IMG/VR virus record: IMGVR_UViG_3300045253_000164
Span: 26,314-90,313 of that record
Origin: a virus
Taxonomy: Duplodnaviria; Heunggongvirae; Uroviricota; Caudoviricetes
Length of the DNA stretch: 64,000 nt
Strand: one strand, 5' to 3'
The position numbers and the translations under genes are program-made. Shown one piece after another: positions 18,601 to 27,848 of the stretch. Below the pieces are notes generated by a model. That model saw nothing but the letters and a program-made list of their open reading frames with translations, was not told where the DNA came from and searched no databases. Positions within the stretch are counted from its first letter, which is position 1, and each line of letters opens with the position of its first letter.

Positions 18601-20299
18601 TTTTCTCGGCCTCCAGCCGCGCATCGATGCCGGCGATCTTTCCCTTCGTGCGCTCGGCTTCACCTGCAGCAAGCTCCCCAGCGGCCTTGTCGGTTGCCTG
18701 GTATGCCTTCAAGACCTTGTCGAGCTGCTGCACGGTTGCGTCCGCGAGCTGTGCGGCTATGTCGGGCGGCAGCATGTCGCGCAGCAACGCTTCGGGCTTG
18801 ATCCGCAGCGTGGTGGCAACCGCGTCGCTCAACGCGTGAGCAGCCTTGAGTAAGTGCTCGGGCATCTGTCCCGTGGTCTCATCAACAGCAACGAGCCACT
18901 GATAGAGCGTCTCCACGGCGCGCCCGAGCCCCGCAGCCGCCTGCTCCATGGTGCTCATGGATTCGGTCGCGGGCTGACTTTGCACAGGCAAAGAATCCAG
19001 CACGGCAGACAGCCGCTGGAACTCTTGTTCTGAGAGCGCGCCGCTGGCTTTTAGCGACTCGAGCTGCGCGCGCGTCTCTGCCATTCCCTGCGCCGATTGA
19101 TGCAGTGCCAGGTACAACCCGGTCGCACCGGCGGCCGCGGCGCCTAGCAGCGCCGGCCAGTTTCCGATCAGCGCGTCGAATATCGCCAGGGAGATCTCCA
19201 GGGCGCCCAACTCCACCCCAAGACCCGTGAGCGCCGCCGAGATGAGCGCGATCCCCTTCACGACAGCCTCCGAGGCGATGAAGACCCCGAGGCCGACCGC
19301 GAGAGACTCCAGCACCTTCGCAACGACCACGATCTCTGCGTGGAAGCTCTGCAGCACCGGCACGACCGCCTTGAGCCCACTGCCCAGCGCCACGACCAGC
19401 GGCTCGAGGGCCTCGGCGAGAAACGCGCCCCAGATGTGCCGCTGCGCATCCATGAGCACGCCGATGGTGGCCCATTCCTCGTGCCACCGATGCCCGGCCT
19501 CCAGCAGCTGGCCATCAAGAATGACGCCCATGGCCTTGAGCTGCCCCACGAACGCCTCGGAGCCACCCGCCATTTGCGCCAGGACGGGCAGCAGCAGTGA
19601 ACCCTGGCGGCCGAACAGCTGAAGCGTCAAGGCCACCTTGGCGGCCCCGTCCTGCATGCCGTTCAGCGCCTGGGCCGTCTCGAACAGCAGCTCCTCCGTC
19701 GGCTTGAGCCTGCCGCCAGAATCGGTGACCTGGACGCCGAGCCGGTTGAACAGCTCGCTGGCCTTCCCGCTGCCCTCTGCCGCGGCTTCGACGGAGCGCG
19801 AGAAAATGCGCATGGCGAAGGAGCCCGTGTCGGCGTCCTGCCCGATCAACGTCAGCCGAATGCGGAACGCCTCAATGAACTCCTGCGACACACCGAGCTG
19901 GAGACTGGCGTTGTGCACCTGGGTCGCAAAGCTGGCGAAGCGCTCCGCCTGCTCGAGGGTGAGGTCGCTCAGCGCCTGAAACGGCACCTCCAGCTCGCGC
20001 ACGGCAAAGCGGACAGCGGTAATGGCGCCGATCGCTTCTTGTAGCCATCCGGGCATCAAGCGGAAGGTCTCGCTGAAGCCCTTCATCACCTGCCCGAAGC
20101 CCCCGAAGCTCTCGGAGGCGTCGTCGACCGTCTTCGTCAGCTGGGTGAAGCCGCTGTTGGCTTGAACCTGGACGTTCAGGATGTTCTGCAGCTGCCCGTG
20201 GATCTGGCCCAGCACCGACATGAGGCCGGAGAGCTCGGAGACGGCCCGGCTCGTGTCGGCCTGGACCTGCAGCAGAAGTTGATTGTCGTCACCGGGCAT
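15620..20299 (-). CDS. tail tape measure protein
   Basis: 1559 aa, long Ala/Gln/Glu/Lys-rich coiled-coil stretches, Gly-rich internal segments. It lies between the chaperone pair and the distal tail genes. Confidence 0.7.
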   Translation of the reverse strand: MPGDDNQLLLQVQADTSRAVSELSGLMSVLGQIHGQLQNILNVQVQANSGFTQLTKTVDDASESFGGFGQVMKGFSETFRLMPGWLQEAIGAITAVRFAVRELEVPFQALSDLTLEQAERFASFATQVHNASLQLGVSQEFIEAFRIRLTLIGQDADTGSFAMRIFSRSVEAAAEGSGKASELFNRLGVQVTDSGGRLKPTEELLFETAQALNGMQDGAAKVALTLQLFGRQGSLLLPVLAQMAGGSEAFVGQLKAMGVILDGQLLEAGHRWHEEWATIGVLMDAQRHIWGAFLAEALEPLVVALGSGLKAVVPVLQSFHAEIVVVAKVLESLAVGLGVFIASEAVVKGIALISAALTGLGVELGALEISLAIFDALIGNWPALLGAAAAGATGLYLALHQSAQGMAETRAQLESLKASGALSEQEFQRLSAVLDSLPVQSQPATESMSTMEQAAAGLGRAVETLYQWLVAVDETTGQMPEHLLKAAHALSDAVATTLRIKPEALLRDMLPPDIAAQLADATVQQLDKVLKAYQATDKAAGELAAGEAERTKGKIAGIDARLEAEKTANAKELEMQRDALIAREQGDVSSLNKGGKAYNDYEAAKAEARAKDLAAEKTAQNEREKLSFDEGQAIAKTAIDAREKATIATLDIAQQGVKQLAAVHQISAAQELEQLHALENQKLDARVKALQDWLAVAVLEPSQIAAINEQIAQLNRQRTIGDAEEVTKRIEAMEKERAAQQKLSDDVQAYYAKAFGTETQNKLAELAKAHDKLVEEIKKSGHLEYLAEVDAAYAQMVADAKGSVIDLGKVFTQASDDAFNAVINGTRKGSDALQAFTQSIGKQFAKGFEEALIKKIGFDQKFNINMTETLPGMAAEGGSGIVKNISAAFDLLSGGPGVGRGATVSGGLASWTGGPPTYTTATSATALTQQESALLFPRGQSASTGGQDFSAQGQQVGSSGAAAASGSAAVAGYAALIAAGIQGAINAGEGLSNAYDTKNVFQGFHYISPAERQRIAYEQFGEGFLGAFGFKSAALANIVNAIEPGQATSSLFGGGSTTGGKLAMAFSNPIDLLASLIIGPGPTLEDQFGKSLDKAFAKANIPQAVSFKDSVYDRPLATIAAQKDAGKPEFQKILQGNPASEVLRDPLAGLGQVLQGGNAQYGLMWANTMVNNFRALGLSIDQSRMYLSRFLTSIGATLPNVLDEANKQLLTSKITQDQYNASVADTVKIFASDLPQGVDAGALALQYMEKVGDKSIVNVDELAAAVQTLTTGLNNLASSAITASIKALATALSLTPEQQTALTLQEQAAERQYALSQATHESNIKTLGLQIEQARLFGDTVTEAQLQMQRASEEYAREAEQAAEKQRLADKAAADALASPQGSMRAAIQQGVRDAILSGVVDALVKQGVIQVALAPMFLALKALSTTLSDPNATKAQVDAAFAAFDTALTTAGPNISTALGTINRIISSPGLTTIFSTVNNLGLPKLAAGGIVSAPTLALLGERGPEAVVPLSRGNALAPTVQYVFTGNYILDEASANRLARLVSNVQMRDIKRNALLS

Positions 20300-20309
20300 G
20301 AGCTATCGG

Positions 20310-20723
20310 TCACTCCACTTCGTGCTCGCGCGCCATGGTGCGCTGACCGTTTGCCCAGGCGAACAGGATCATCTTCGTCGTTTCGTCGATGTCGTCGACA
20401 GACAGGGCGTCATCCCGAGCCTCGCCGGCCGGCGTCACCGGCGGCTCGAGCACCAGATACGGCAACACCGCGTCCATCAGCGGCACCAGCTGGTGCACCT
20501 GAACGACGCCAGACGCGCCGGCCAGGGAGATGAGCGCCTGGGCATCGATGACGCCCAGCCGAGCAAGCTTCGCCCAGTCGGGGCGCTTGACCTTGAGGAC
20601 GAATCCGTTGGGCAGCGTAAGAATAAACGCGGCGCGTGCGCGGCGCCTCCACTCGGCAGGACTGGTGATCGTCGGTGGGGCGTCATTCGGTGGCGGAGCT
20701 GCCTGTACTTCTTCTTCAGGCAT
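20310..20723 (-). CDS. tail assembly chaperone candidate (second of pair)
   Basis: 137 aa, immediately upstream of TMP. It has its own AAGGAG SD and ATG. Confidence 0.35.
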   Translation of the reverse strand: MPEEEVQAAPPPNDAPPTITSPAEWRRRARAAFILTLPNGFVLKVKRPDWAKLARLGVIDAQALISLAGASGVVQVHQLVPLMDAVLPYLVLEPPVTPAGEARDDALSVDDIDETTKMILFAWANGQRTMAREHEVE

Positions 20724-20734
20724 GGTGGGTGGGT

Positions 20735-20740
20735 CTCCTT
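20735..20740 (-). promoter_or_regulatory. Shine-Dalgarno AAGGAG for gene 20310..20723
   Basis: Minus strand reads ...caataa cgtcagacgAAAGGAGacccacccacc ATG; 11-nt spacer. Confidence 0.4.
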
Positions 20741-20750
20741 TCGTCTGACG

Positions 20751-21461
20751 TTATTGGTGAAAGCGCTGCTGCATCCCGATCTGTCCATCTCCTTCCAGGC
20801 CTCCGGCCGACAGCGGCAACATCCGGAGACCGGCACGGGCCGCTCGCTTGGCATACGTATCGGCATGCACGACGCGCGCGTCCCCGGGCACATCGGCCAG
20901 GTACCGGGCCGGCACGCGGTGCGTATCGCCGAACACGTCGGTCACCTCCCGCTCGCCGCCGGCGGCGTCCCGTTCCTGAGACAGCGCGCGATACGCGACG
21001 GCCAGGTCCAGATCGACGGCGGTTGTTGATGCGGGATCGAATCCCAGACACGTCGACGGGCGCACCATGTATCGACGGCACATGGCGTCCAAGAGCAACG
21101 CGCCATCCCCGCGGATGAGCGTCACGCAGTCCGATTCGCGATAGGGGAAGCTCCCACAGGGAACCGCCGGCGCTTCGACCTCCAGCGTCGTGGCCCACTG
21201 GTAGATCGCCATGCGATCCACCAACGGCAACGCGGACACCTCGACGTCGGCGTCCACGATCGCGGCCGCACACGCCGCGTCCAGTTGCGTCAGTGTTTCA
21301 GGGGGAGTGTCGTTTTCCGATTCCTGACATGCAGCGGCCGCCATGAGCAATGGCAGCAGCAAGACCCCGTGCATCAGGAGCGCGCGGTGGTCGAGCTTGC
21401 GGACACGGATAGCGCCCCCGCTCGGAAGCGGGAGCGCATATACCGTATAGGTTGGAGCCAT
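20751..21461 (-). CDS. tail assembly chaperone candidate (first of pair)
   Basis: 236 aa, between the major tail protein and TMP. No slippery overlap with the next gene was seen. Confidence 0.35.
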   Translation of the reverse strand: MAPTYTVYALPLPSGGAIRVRKLDHRALLMHGVLLLPLLMAAAACQESENDTPPETLTQLDAACAAAIVDADVEVSALPLVDRMAIYQWATTLEVEAPAVPCGSFPYRESDCVTLIRGDGALLLDAMCRRYMVRPSTCLGFDPASTTAVDLDLAVAYRALSQERDAAGGEREVTDVFGDTHRVPARYLADVPGDARVVHADTYAKRAARAGLRMLPLSAGGLEGDGQIGMQQRFHQ

Positions 21462-21504
21462 CAGTCCCTCGGCTCATCCTCCGCACGCACCGACACATCA
21501 GCCA

Positions 21505-22188
21505 TCATTGGCGTACTACGAACTGAAAGAGTTGGTCCCCGATCGTCCGTGAGGTGTCGGAGATCATCTCAAAGTCCGTCTTCCACACGGTCTCCTTGCC
21601 GCGGCTGAACGGGGCATCGAAACCGGCGGTGCTGACGGCGTTGTAGCCGCAGAAGACGTATGAGTAGGGACCGGTGGTCCCGATCCGGCGACCGGGCGAG
21701 ATGAAGGCGATGCACTGCGGGGCCACCAGGCGCAAGCCGCCGACGGTGATTGTGTGGCGGGTTTGGCCAGGCATCAACGGATCCGCGCTGGTGCTCAACG
21801 TTGCCACCGGCTGGTTCCAGTAGCTGCCGGGCAGCGACGCCGCTTGGAGAACCTCGGCGGTGAGCTCGGCCAGCGCGAAGGTGCAGTGCGCCTCTTCGGT
21901 GTTCAGCACCTTCTCGACCTTGGCCGTGGACGTCTCGATCATGATGTCGACGAACGTCGGCTTGTAGCTGATGCCGCTGTCGCCGATCGTCGATCCGACA
22001 AAGGTGCCGCTGACCGTGTACAGGGCCGGCCCGTACACGCGCTGGTCCTGCACGCCGGACACATTGCCACTGACGAGCAGCTGCGCCTGGTCGGCCGGCT
22101 TCGTCACGTTCGTGTAGAGCAGCCCCGGTCCGACCTGAATGAGTGTCGGATTGGTCGATGCTGTTTGAATCGTCGGAATATTGCTCAT
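21505..22188 (-). CDS. major tail (tube) protein candidate
   Basis: 227 aa, Ser/Thr/Gly-rich, positioned between the connector genes and the chaperones. Confidence 0.45.
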   Translation of the reverse strand: MSNIPTIQTASTNPTLIQVGPGLLYTNVTKPADQAQLLVSGNVSGVQDQRVYGPALYTVSGTFVGSTIGDSGISYKPTFVDIMIETSTAKVEKVLNTEEAHCTFALAELTAEVLQAASLPGSYWNQPVATLSTSADPLMPGQTRHTITVGGLRLVAPQCIAFISPGRRIGTTGPYSYVFCGYNAVSTAGFDAPFSRGKETVWKTDFEMISDTSRTIGDQLFQFVVRQ

Positions 22189-22206
22189 GACTCTACCCCT
22201 CCCCGC

Positions 22207-22749
22207 TTACGGTATCGGCGTCAGCTGATCGTCGTGACGCACCAGCAGCTGCACCCACACATCCTTGCGAAACACGCGCTGCGGACTGTCCTTCGGCGTG
22301 AACATGGCCCCGTAGTCCACCTTCGTCACAAACACCTTGGTCGCTCGGGTGGTGATCGTCGGTGGCGTGATGTCCTGGTCGTGCACCGTGGCGTCGATCG
22401 CATCCGCCATGCGATAGCAGCACCGCGTCAGCGCCTCTTCGCCCGGCGCCTCCATGAGAATGTCGAGCAGCACCGTATGCTCCTGATGGAGCATCGTCGC
22501 CCATTCCCCCGCGCGACCTTCGTTCGGCCGCACCGTGCTCGGCACGATGAGAAACAGCGCCGGCGCTTGATACGCCCGGTACCGACTCTGCTCGCCGATG
22601 AAGTAACTGGCCGCTCCCGGCACGGCGATGCCGTAGCTCGGACGCCCCACGCTGTTGGCCGCGTTCATCACCGTGGTCAGCGCCGTCGGCAAATGCGCCT
22701 GAAGATAGGCCGACAGATCGTCGACGATGGCCTCGATGTTCAGCGCCAC
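22207..22749 (-). CDS. head-tail connector / tail completion protein candidate
   Basis: 180 aa, in the MCP-to-tail-tube interval; alternative-frame ORF 22193..23218 rejected. Confidence 0.35.
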   Translation of the reverse strand: MALNIEAIVDDLSAYLQAHLPTALTTVMNAANSVGRPSYGIAVPGAASYFIGEQSRYRAYQAPALFLIVPSTVRPNEGRAGEWATMLHQEHTVLLDILMEAPGEEALTRCCYRMADAIDATVHDQDITPPTITTRATKVFVTKVDYGAMFTPKDSPQRVFRKDVWVQLLVRHDDQLTPIP

Positions 22750-22752
22750 GGT

Positions 22753-23262
22753 TCATTCCGACGCCCCTGGGCGACGGCCTCCCACAATCCACGCAAGCAG
22801 CCCATTGACCATGAGCTTCCGGAAACGATCCCGCACCACGATGATCTTGCGCTGCGGCATCCGACCGCGGCCCTGATCGTGCACGGCCATGTAATTGGTC
22901 CGGCCGTCCTCCGCGAGCACTGCCGCGCCGTACCAGGCCTGCTGCGGCTCGATGACCTTGACATGCTCCCCGTTCTCGGTGGTCAACGCCTCGTAGCCAC
23001 GACCGCTCCGGTACAGGATGCCAAACGGCGCCGGCGGTGGCGGTTTGCGCCGGGCGTACTCCGGCGACAAGGCTTCCCACTGTGTCCCACCTTGCAGGTA
23101 GGCCCCTTGCGTCCGGAACTGCTCGGCCATCTCGAGACGGAACCCCTGATCGCCCATTTCGAACACCGGGGTCAGGTCCTGGGCGCGCGCCGCCATGTCT
23201 CCCGTCAGTTGCACCCACGGGATTGGCGTTTCGCTCACCGAGAGCTTCATCAGTTCAGGCAT
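22753..23262 (-). CDS. head-tail connector / tail completion protein candidate
   Basis: 169 aa, tightly packed with its neighbours. Confidence 0.35.
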   Translation of the reverse strand: MPELMKLSVSETPIPWVQLTGDMAARAQDLTPVFEMGDQGFRLEMAEQFRTQGAYLQGGTQWEALSPEYARRKPPPPAPFGILYRSGRGYEALTTENGEHVKVIEPQQAWYGAAVLAEDGRTNYMAVHDQGRGRMPQRKIIVVRDRFRKLMVNGLLAWIVGGRRPGASE

Positions 23263-23265
23263 GGC

Positions 23266-23988
23266 TCACCATTTCGGTGTCCACGGCGATGGGATGCGAT
23301 TCAGCATTCCATAGGCCGGCGCTTTCCCGCGCGACATGCGCAGATCGTAGTACGAGTCGCGCAACGCGAGTCCCGCCGCCATTTTCGAGGCCTCTTCCTG
23401 CTGATGGAACGTGATCCGCGCTTCGGCTTCCTTGCGCGCCGGCTCGTCCTCGAGCAGGAACTGTTCGCTCTTGCGCTGCTGCCACCGAATCGCCAACGCG
23501 CCGTGCGCCATGGATGCCGCAAAGTTCATCGCGGCGAGCTGAAGGCCCGGCAGCACTTGGTCCGGCGTGTCGCTGTTCACCTGGATCGCGGCCTGGTTGA
23601 GAAAGAACGTCAGCTCGCTGTCGAGGTGCTGCTGAAAATGGTACGTGCCCGTGAGCAGTCCATTCCCCGACGCCAGAAACATCGTCTGCACTTCGCCCCG
23701 CACTTGATCGGTGACCAAGACACCCGAGGCCGATAACTCGACACCATTGTCGCCGCCGGTCGCCGACCAGAACAACCGCAGCGGAACGCCGCAGATCGCT
23801 TGGTTGCCCGAGGCCAACAGCCGATCTTCGAACGTCATGAACGTTCGATTCTGCCCGGCCTGCGTGTTGCCGAAGAGCTTCTTGTTCTTGACGAGGTTGT
23901 CGTTCTGGGTGTCCCGCAGGAACGTTCGTAGGTCCGCAATCGGGGAGGCCCAGTTGGCCATGATCACACCGTCGTGCCATACATCCAC
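23266..23988 (-). CDS. head-tail connector region protein
   Basis: 240 aa with normal composition. The overlapping Arg-rich alternative frame 23255..23980 is rejected. The true start may be the internal ATG at 23961. Confidence 0.35.
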   Translation of the reverse strand: MDVWHDGVIMANWASPIADLRTFLRDTQNDNLVKNKKLFGNTQAGQNRTFMTFEDRLLASGNQAICGVPLRLFWSATGGDNGVELSASGVLVTDQVRGEVQTMFLASGNGLLTGTYHFQQHLDSELTFFLNQAAIQVNSDTPDQVLPGLQLAAMNFAASMAHGALAIRWQQRKSEQFLLEDEPARKEAEARITFHQQEEASKMAAGLALRDSYYDLRMSRGKAPAYGMLNRIPSPWTPKW

Positions 23989-24383
23989 CCGGAGACCGTG
24001 ATGGCGGCCGACTGGTTACTGATCGCCACCACGCGCCACCAGCGCGCGCATACGGCCCCCGATCCCGCCAAGCTCTGCGTGCTCACGACCCCCGGAGCCA
24101 GAGACGTCCAGGTCGTCGCGGTGGACTCCCACAGCGCCGGATTTGGTGCCGGCAGCGCTACGCCGGGCGTCGACGAGGTCGTGCCGGCCTCCGAGCCGCC
24201 CTGATCCGGATTGATTTGCAGGACCGCACCGCTGAGCGTCTGCGGCCCCACGTTGAGCAACGTGAACGACTTCCGCGGCACCCGCAACAGATCGAAGGGG
24301 CCGAGCACCACGGCCTGCACACCCGATGCGAGCGTGACGCCCGCCACCGCCGTTCGGACGTCGGGTTGGACGATCATGCTCAT
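23964..24383 (-). CDS. head-tail connector region protein
   Basis: 139 aa; start/stop overlap with neighbours. Confidence 0.35.
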   Translation of the reverse strand: MSMIVQPDVRTAVAGVTLASGVQAVVLGPFDLLRVPRKSFTLLNVGPQTLSGAVLQINPDQGGSEAGTTSSTPGVALPAPNPALWESTATTWTSLAPGVVSTQSLAGSGAVCARWWRVVAISNQSAAITVSGWMYGTTV

Positions 24384-24859
24384 GCAGCCACCTGTGTTGC
24401 GCGGCGCTCATCGGCCAACGTCTTGATGGGCTCACAGCTCCAGATCGGATGGCCATCAGGCCCCGGGACCGTCAACGCGGCCGGCGAAAAGTACATGATC
24501 GCGCGGGGCTCACACCAGGCCTGCTTTGCCAAAACGTCGCCCTCGGCAACAGGCTGCAGGTCCACCGCAATGCCCAAATGCGGGAACCAATATTCGAAGG
24601 TCAGCGTGCGGCCGGCCTCGACACAGGATCCGAACGGGCGCCGGACGCCGCGAGAGAGACCGACCAAGTTACTGGCGTGATGCTCTGCGTAGCGGATGCC
24701 GACCGCTTCGAAGAGCTGCTCACGCTTGGATCGAGGAGCGTGCAGGCCGCCGCGGCTCACGCCGCCACCCACCGTCGCCGCTGCCGCAGCGGTGACTGCA
24801 CGCTCCAGTCCCTGGCTGCTGGCAGCAAAGGACGTTGTCTGATGCGTACCAAGTTTCAC
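24380..24859 (-). CDS. head-tail connector / head completion protein candidate
   Basis: 159 aa, directly downstream of MCP. Confidence 0.35.
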   Translation of the reverse strand: MKLGTHQTTSFAASSQGLERAVTAAAAATVGGGVSRGGLHAPRSKREQLFEAVGIRYAEHHASNLVGLSRGVRRPFGSCVEAGRTLTFEYWFPHLGIAVDLQPVAEGDVLAKQAWCEPRAIMYFSPAALTVPGPDGHPIWSCEPIKTLADERRATQVAA

Positions 24860-24874
24860 GAGGTCTCACGGGGC

Positions 24875-26122
24875 TTACAGCTGTCCGGTCGTGGTCCCAT
24901 CGTTGATCAGGTACCAGAAGCGGCTGCCGCCTCCGATCCAGTCGACTTCGAAGCGCCGCCGCGAGCGGTAGCGCACAACGTCGAAGCTGAACGACATGCC
25001 CGAGTTGGGTCCCTCCTGGATCACCTCGAGCGGATCGCGCTCCTGGAAGACGATGCCGCGGGCCTTCTGACCCAACGCACAGGCCCAGTCGGGCATGTAG
25101 CGCTCGCAGACGTCCTTGATGCCCATGCCGGCCCACGGATTCGGCGACATCACACCACCGGGCATGCCAGCCAGCACGCCTTGGTTGGCGCCTGCCGCAG
25201 ACACCGTACCGCCGGTCACCGGGGCATTCGCTGCCGAGGCAAACGATTGGCCCGGCACCGCCGGGTAGAGGCCCGGTGCCAAGAGCAGCGCCGCGTTGAT
25301 CTTGTCCATCGCGCTGACGAGCAGCGTGTCCGGATTCACGACGATGCGGTTGTTCTGCGGATCGGTCGCAACCAGGAGCGCCTGATAGGCGTTCTTCATT
25401 GCGCCCATGGTGAGCTGGGTGAAGGACGAGGGCCGATTGCCGGTCGTGGCGCTGTACAGCGAGGTGCTGAACGGCGAGGTGATCGATGTGCCGGCCGGGT
25501 TGGTCGTCGAGTAGTTCGACGCCGGGACGGTCAACGGCCCATAGGTCCGGGCGCTCCCCAAGAAGCGATAGATCGCCCAGATGCCCTCGGTCGTGGCCAT
25601 GCCACGGCCCATGCCGCCGGCGCGCTTGGCGATCTGACCGGTCTGGTCGTCGTCGAAGAGTTCGCGCTCGAGCGAGATCATTCGACCGAACTTCCGATTA
25701 CGCAGCGAGCTATCTTCGCCGACGATATTCTGGTCGGAGAACTGTTGCCCCGCGTTCACCGGCAGCGCGATCGCCTCGGTGTAGAGCGGCGCATACCACT
25801 CGGCCACCGCGTTGCTGCTGGCGACATCACAGTACTCGCGCCACTTGACGTCGACGGCGTCATACCAGTCGGTAGCGATCGCCTGCACGCCCTTGCGCAG
25901 AAGGAAGCCCAGGGCGCTCTCGGAATTGGCCTCACGGAGCCGGTTGCAGGCCCCTTCGACCATCTCCATCCAGCGCCGCAGAGATCCACGCCGGCCCGCG
26001 GCTTCCTTGAAGCCCTTGATGGCCGGAATCGCCAGGTCGACGAGCTCGCCGATGCCACGCATGGCCCGCTCGCGCCGCGACAGGCCGCCGATGCTCTTGA
26101 TGTCTGCTTCTGTGAACTTCAT
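24875..26122 (-). CDS. major capsid protein candidate (HK97-fold type)
   Basis: 415 aa, located after the scaffold-like and small decoration-like genes. Composition and size are typical of an MCP. Confidence 0.5.
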   Translation of the reverse strand: MKFTEADIKSIGGLSRRERAMRGIGELVDLAIPAIKGFKEAAGRRGSLRRWMEMVEGACNRLREANSESALGFLLRKGVQAIATDWYDAVDVKWREYCDVASSNAVAEWYAPLYTEAIALPVNAGQQFSDQNIVGEDSSLRNRKFGRMISLERELFDDDQTGQIAKRAGGMGRGMATTEGIWAIYRFLGSARTYGPLTVPASNYSTTNPAGTSITSPFSTSLYSATTGNRPSSFTQLTMGAMKNAYQALLVATDPQNNRIVVNPDTLLVSAMDKINAALLLAPGLYPAVPGQSFASAANAPVTGGTVSAAGANQGVLAGMPGGVMSPNPWAGMGIKDVCERYMPDWACALGQKARGIVFQERDPLEVIQEGPNSGMSFSFDVVRYRSRRRFEVDWIGGGSRFWYLINDGTTTGQL

Positions 26123-26141
26123 GACCTACACCTCCCCCCGC

Positions 26142-26633
26142 TCACGAAATCGCCGACGACGGCAGCAGGCTGTTGTTGGTCAGGTCGCCCATCACATTGA
26201 CGTTGACCGAGGTGCCTGCTGCGCCGGTGACCGAGCTGCCGTCGGGCAGATGGACGCGCCCGATCATGCGCGTCGAGCCGACGGTGCTGATGGTCTGCTG
26301 GTCCGCGCCCTGGTAGACCGGCGTGCGGTGGACATAGGTCTCGCCGCTCGTGGTCTTGAACACGAAGATGCCGCTCGACTTGATCCGCGCCGCGCCGAGC
26401 GTCAGCGGATTGCTGGCCGTGCCGAGGCCCGCCATCGGGTTGCAGTCATCGCTGACGCCCAGGAAGATCGATCCCGAGGCGAGCAGCGCGTTGGTAGCGA
26501 CCCGGGCATTCGGGTCCCACTGCATCATGTCGCCCTGGTTGATGCCGGACGACGTGTAAATCTTGTACGACTCCATCCCGGCCCCCTGGCCGAAGACTTC
26601 GTAGATGAACCGCATCACGTTGCTGTTCGCCAT
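26142..26633 (-). CDS. head decoration-like protein candidate
   Basis: 163 aa, Gly/Ser/Thr-rich, sited between scaffold and MCP as lambda gpD is. Confidence 0.3.
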   Translation of the reverse strand: MANSNVMRFIYEVFGQGAGMESYKIYTSSGINQGDMMQWDPNARVATNALLASGSIFLGVSDDCNPMAGLGTASNPLTLGAARIKSSGIFVFKTTSGETYVHRTPVYQGADQQTISTVGSTRMIGRVHLPDGSSVTGAAGTSVNVNVMGDLTNNSLLPSSAIS

Positions 26634-26645
26634 GGCGTGCCCCCT

Positions 26646-27848
26646 TTACTCGTCGGTCGACGCCGGCGCGCCGCCCCATTCCGACTCGAAGAACTGCCGC
26701 GCCGACTGGCCATTGCCAGCCACCGTGCGACCACCGGCCGGACCACCTTGGGCGACTTCAGTGTTGAACACCGGATGCCGACCCGCGTGCGTCAAGCCCA
26801 GGTTGATGATGCCGGGCCACTGCGACTCGACGAACGCCGGCTTCCCGGGCTCGGTGCCCACCAGGTCATCGACGGTGATGATGCCGTCGGCGCCGCGCTC
26901 CGTGATGAGCTTCTGGGCTGCTTCGCGCTGGGTCCGGAAGCGCTCCGCCGCGCGCAACGCCGTCAGTTCCTCGCGCTCGGCTTCCACCAGCTTCGGCGTC
27001 TCAGCGGGTTTCGCGGCCTCGCGCAGCTGCTGAAGTTCCGCAGCCTGCCGAGCGATCGTGGCTTGCGCCTCGACCAACTCCGGCGACGGTTCCGATTCCT
27101 TTTTCGCTGCCTCTTTCGTTACCTCTGGCATGTGCCCTCCTACACCCCCAGCCGCCCTCGGCAGGGTGAAAGTATTTGCGCCTCCGCAATGTTCGCATTT
27201 CATGAGAATCTGACGTTCCGTCGCGGCAGGATCGGCGTTGCTGGCGTCGTCGTTCTCGTCCGCTTCGTCGGCTTCGATTTCCTGCTCGGCGATCTCGCTA
27301 TCCAGGAACGCCCCGACGGCACCGAGCACCGCAGCGATCTTGATCGGATCACTGGTCGCTGTGATCTCCGTCACCTGATTGCGCAGGTCCTCGACGGTCG
27401 TCAGGTCCTGCTCCTCCGCACCAGCGGCTTGTGCCGCTTCGCGCCACGCCTTCAGGCCGAAAGCGACGTCGGGGAGTTGCGTCGGATCCGTCGTGGCCTC
27501 GGCACAGCGCGCGCGCAGCATGCGCAGCGCCTCGAGCTTCGGCGCCATGCACTCGCACTCGTGCCGGTTGCAGGCCTCGCACAGCGTGTCGGCGTCGGAC
27601 TCCTGCAGCGCCGGCGGCCCGGCCTTGTCGATCTGCTTTTTCCAAGCCGCGACAATGCGCGCCTTGATCGACTTCGCGTCGCCCGCGCTGTACTTGGCGG
27701 CGTTCTTCGAATGATGAATGTAGGACCACGCCGCCTTGATGTGCTCGGCAGTGTCGAGGGGATACTTCTTGTTCGTCGGATCGCCAAAGGTCACATCGCC
27801 GTACTCGGCAACGCCACGCTTCGGATTGACGTCGGTGCGTTTCTTCAT
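26646..27848 (-). CDS. scaffolding-like protein with conserved N-terminal domain
   Basis: Start set at MKKRTDVNPKRG (internal ATG 27848, ATGA overlap with upstream stop). N-terminal ...KKYPLDTAEHIKAAWSYIHHSKN... domain, then an acidic Ala/Glu/Gln-rich coiled-coil region. Confidence 0.45.
   Translation of the reverse strand: MKKRTDVNPKRGVAEYGDVTFGDPTNKKYPLDTAEHIKAAWSYIHHSKNAAKYSAGDAKSIKARIVAAWKKQIDKAGPPALQESDADTLCEACNRHECECMAPKLEALRMLRARCAEATTDPTQLPDVAFGLKAWREAAQAAGAEEQDLTTVEDLRNQVTEITATSDPIKIAAVLGAVGAFLDSEIAEQEIEADEADENDDASNADPAATERQILMKCEHCGGANTFTLPRAAGGVGGHMPEVTKEAAKKESEPSPELVEAQATIARQAAELQQLREAAKPAETPKLVEAEREELTALRAAERFRTQREAAQKLITERGADGIITVDDLVGTEPGKPAFVESQWPGIINLGLTHAGRHPVFNTEVAQGGPAGGRTVAGNGQSARQFFESEWGGAPASTDE

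Noticed and set aside
20723-20751. Possible programmed -1 frameshift between the two tail-chaperone candidates
   Set aside because: There is a TAA stop at 20751-20753, a 27-nt gap, and a clear AAGGAG SD plus ATG for the downstream gene. No slippery heptamer or frame overlap was seen.
22193-23980. Alternative minus-strand frames 22193..23218 (341 aa) and 23255..23980 (241 aa)
   Set aside because: Arg/Gly-rich compositions; the co-located ORFs 22207..22749, 22753..23262 and 23266..23988 have normal protein composition and tight packing.
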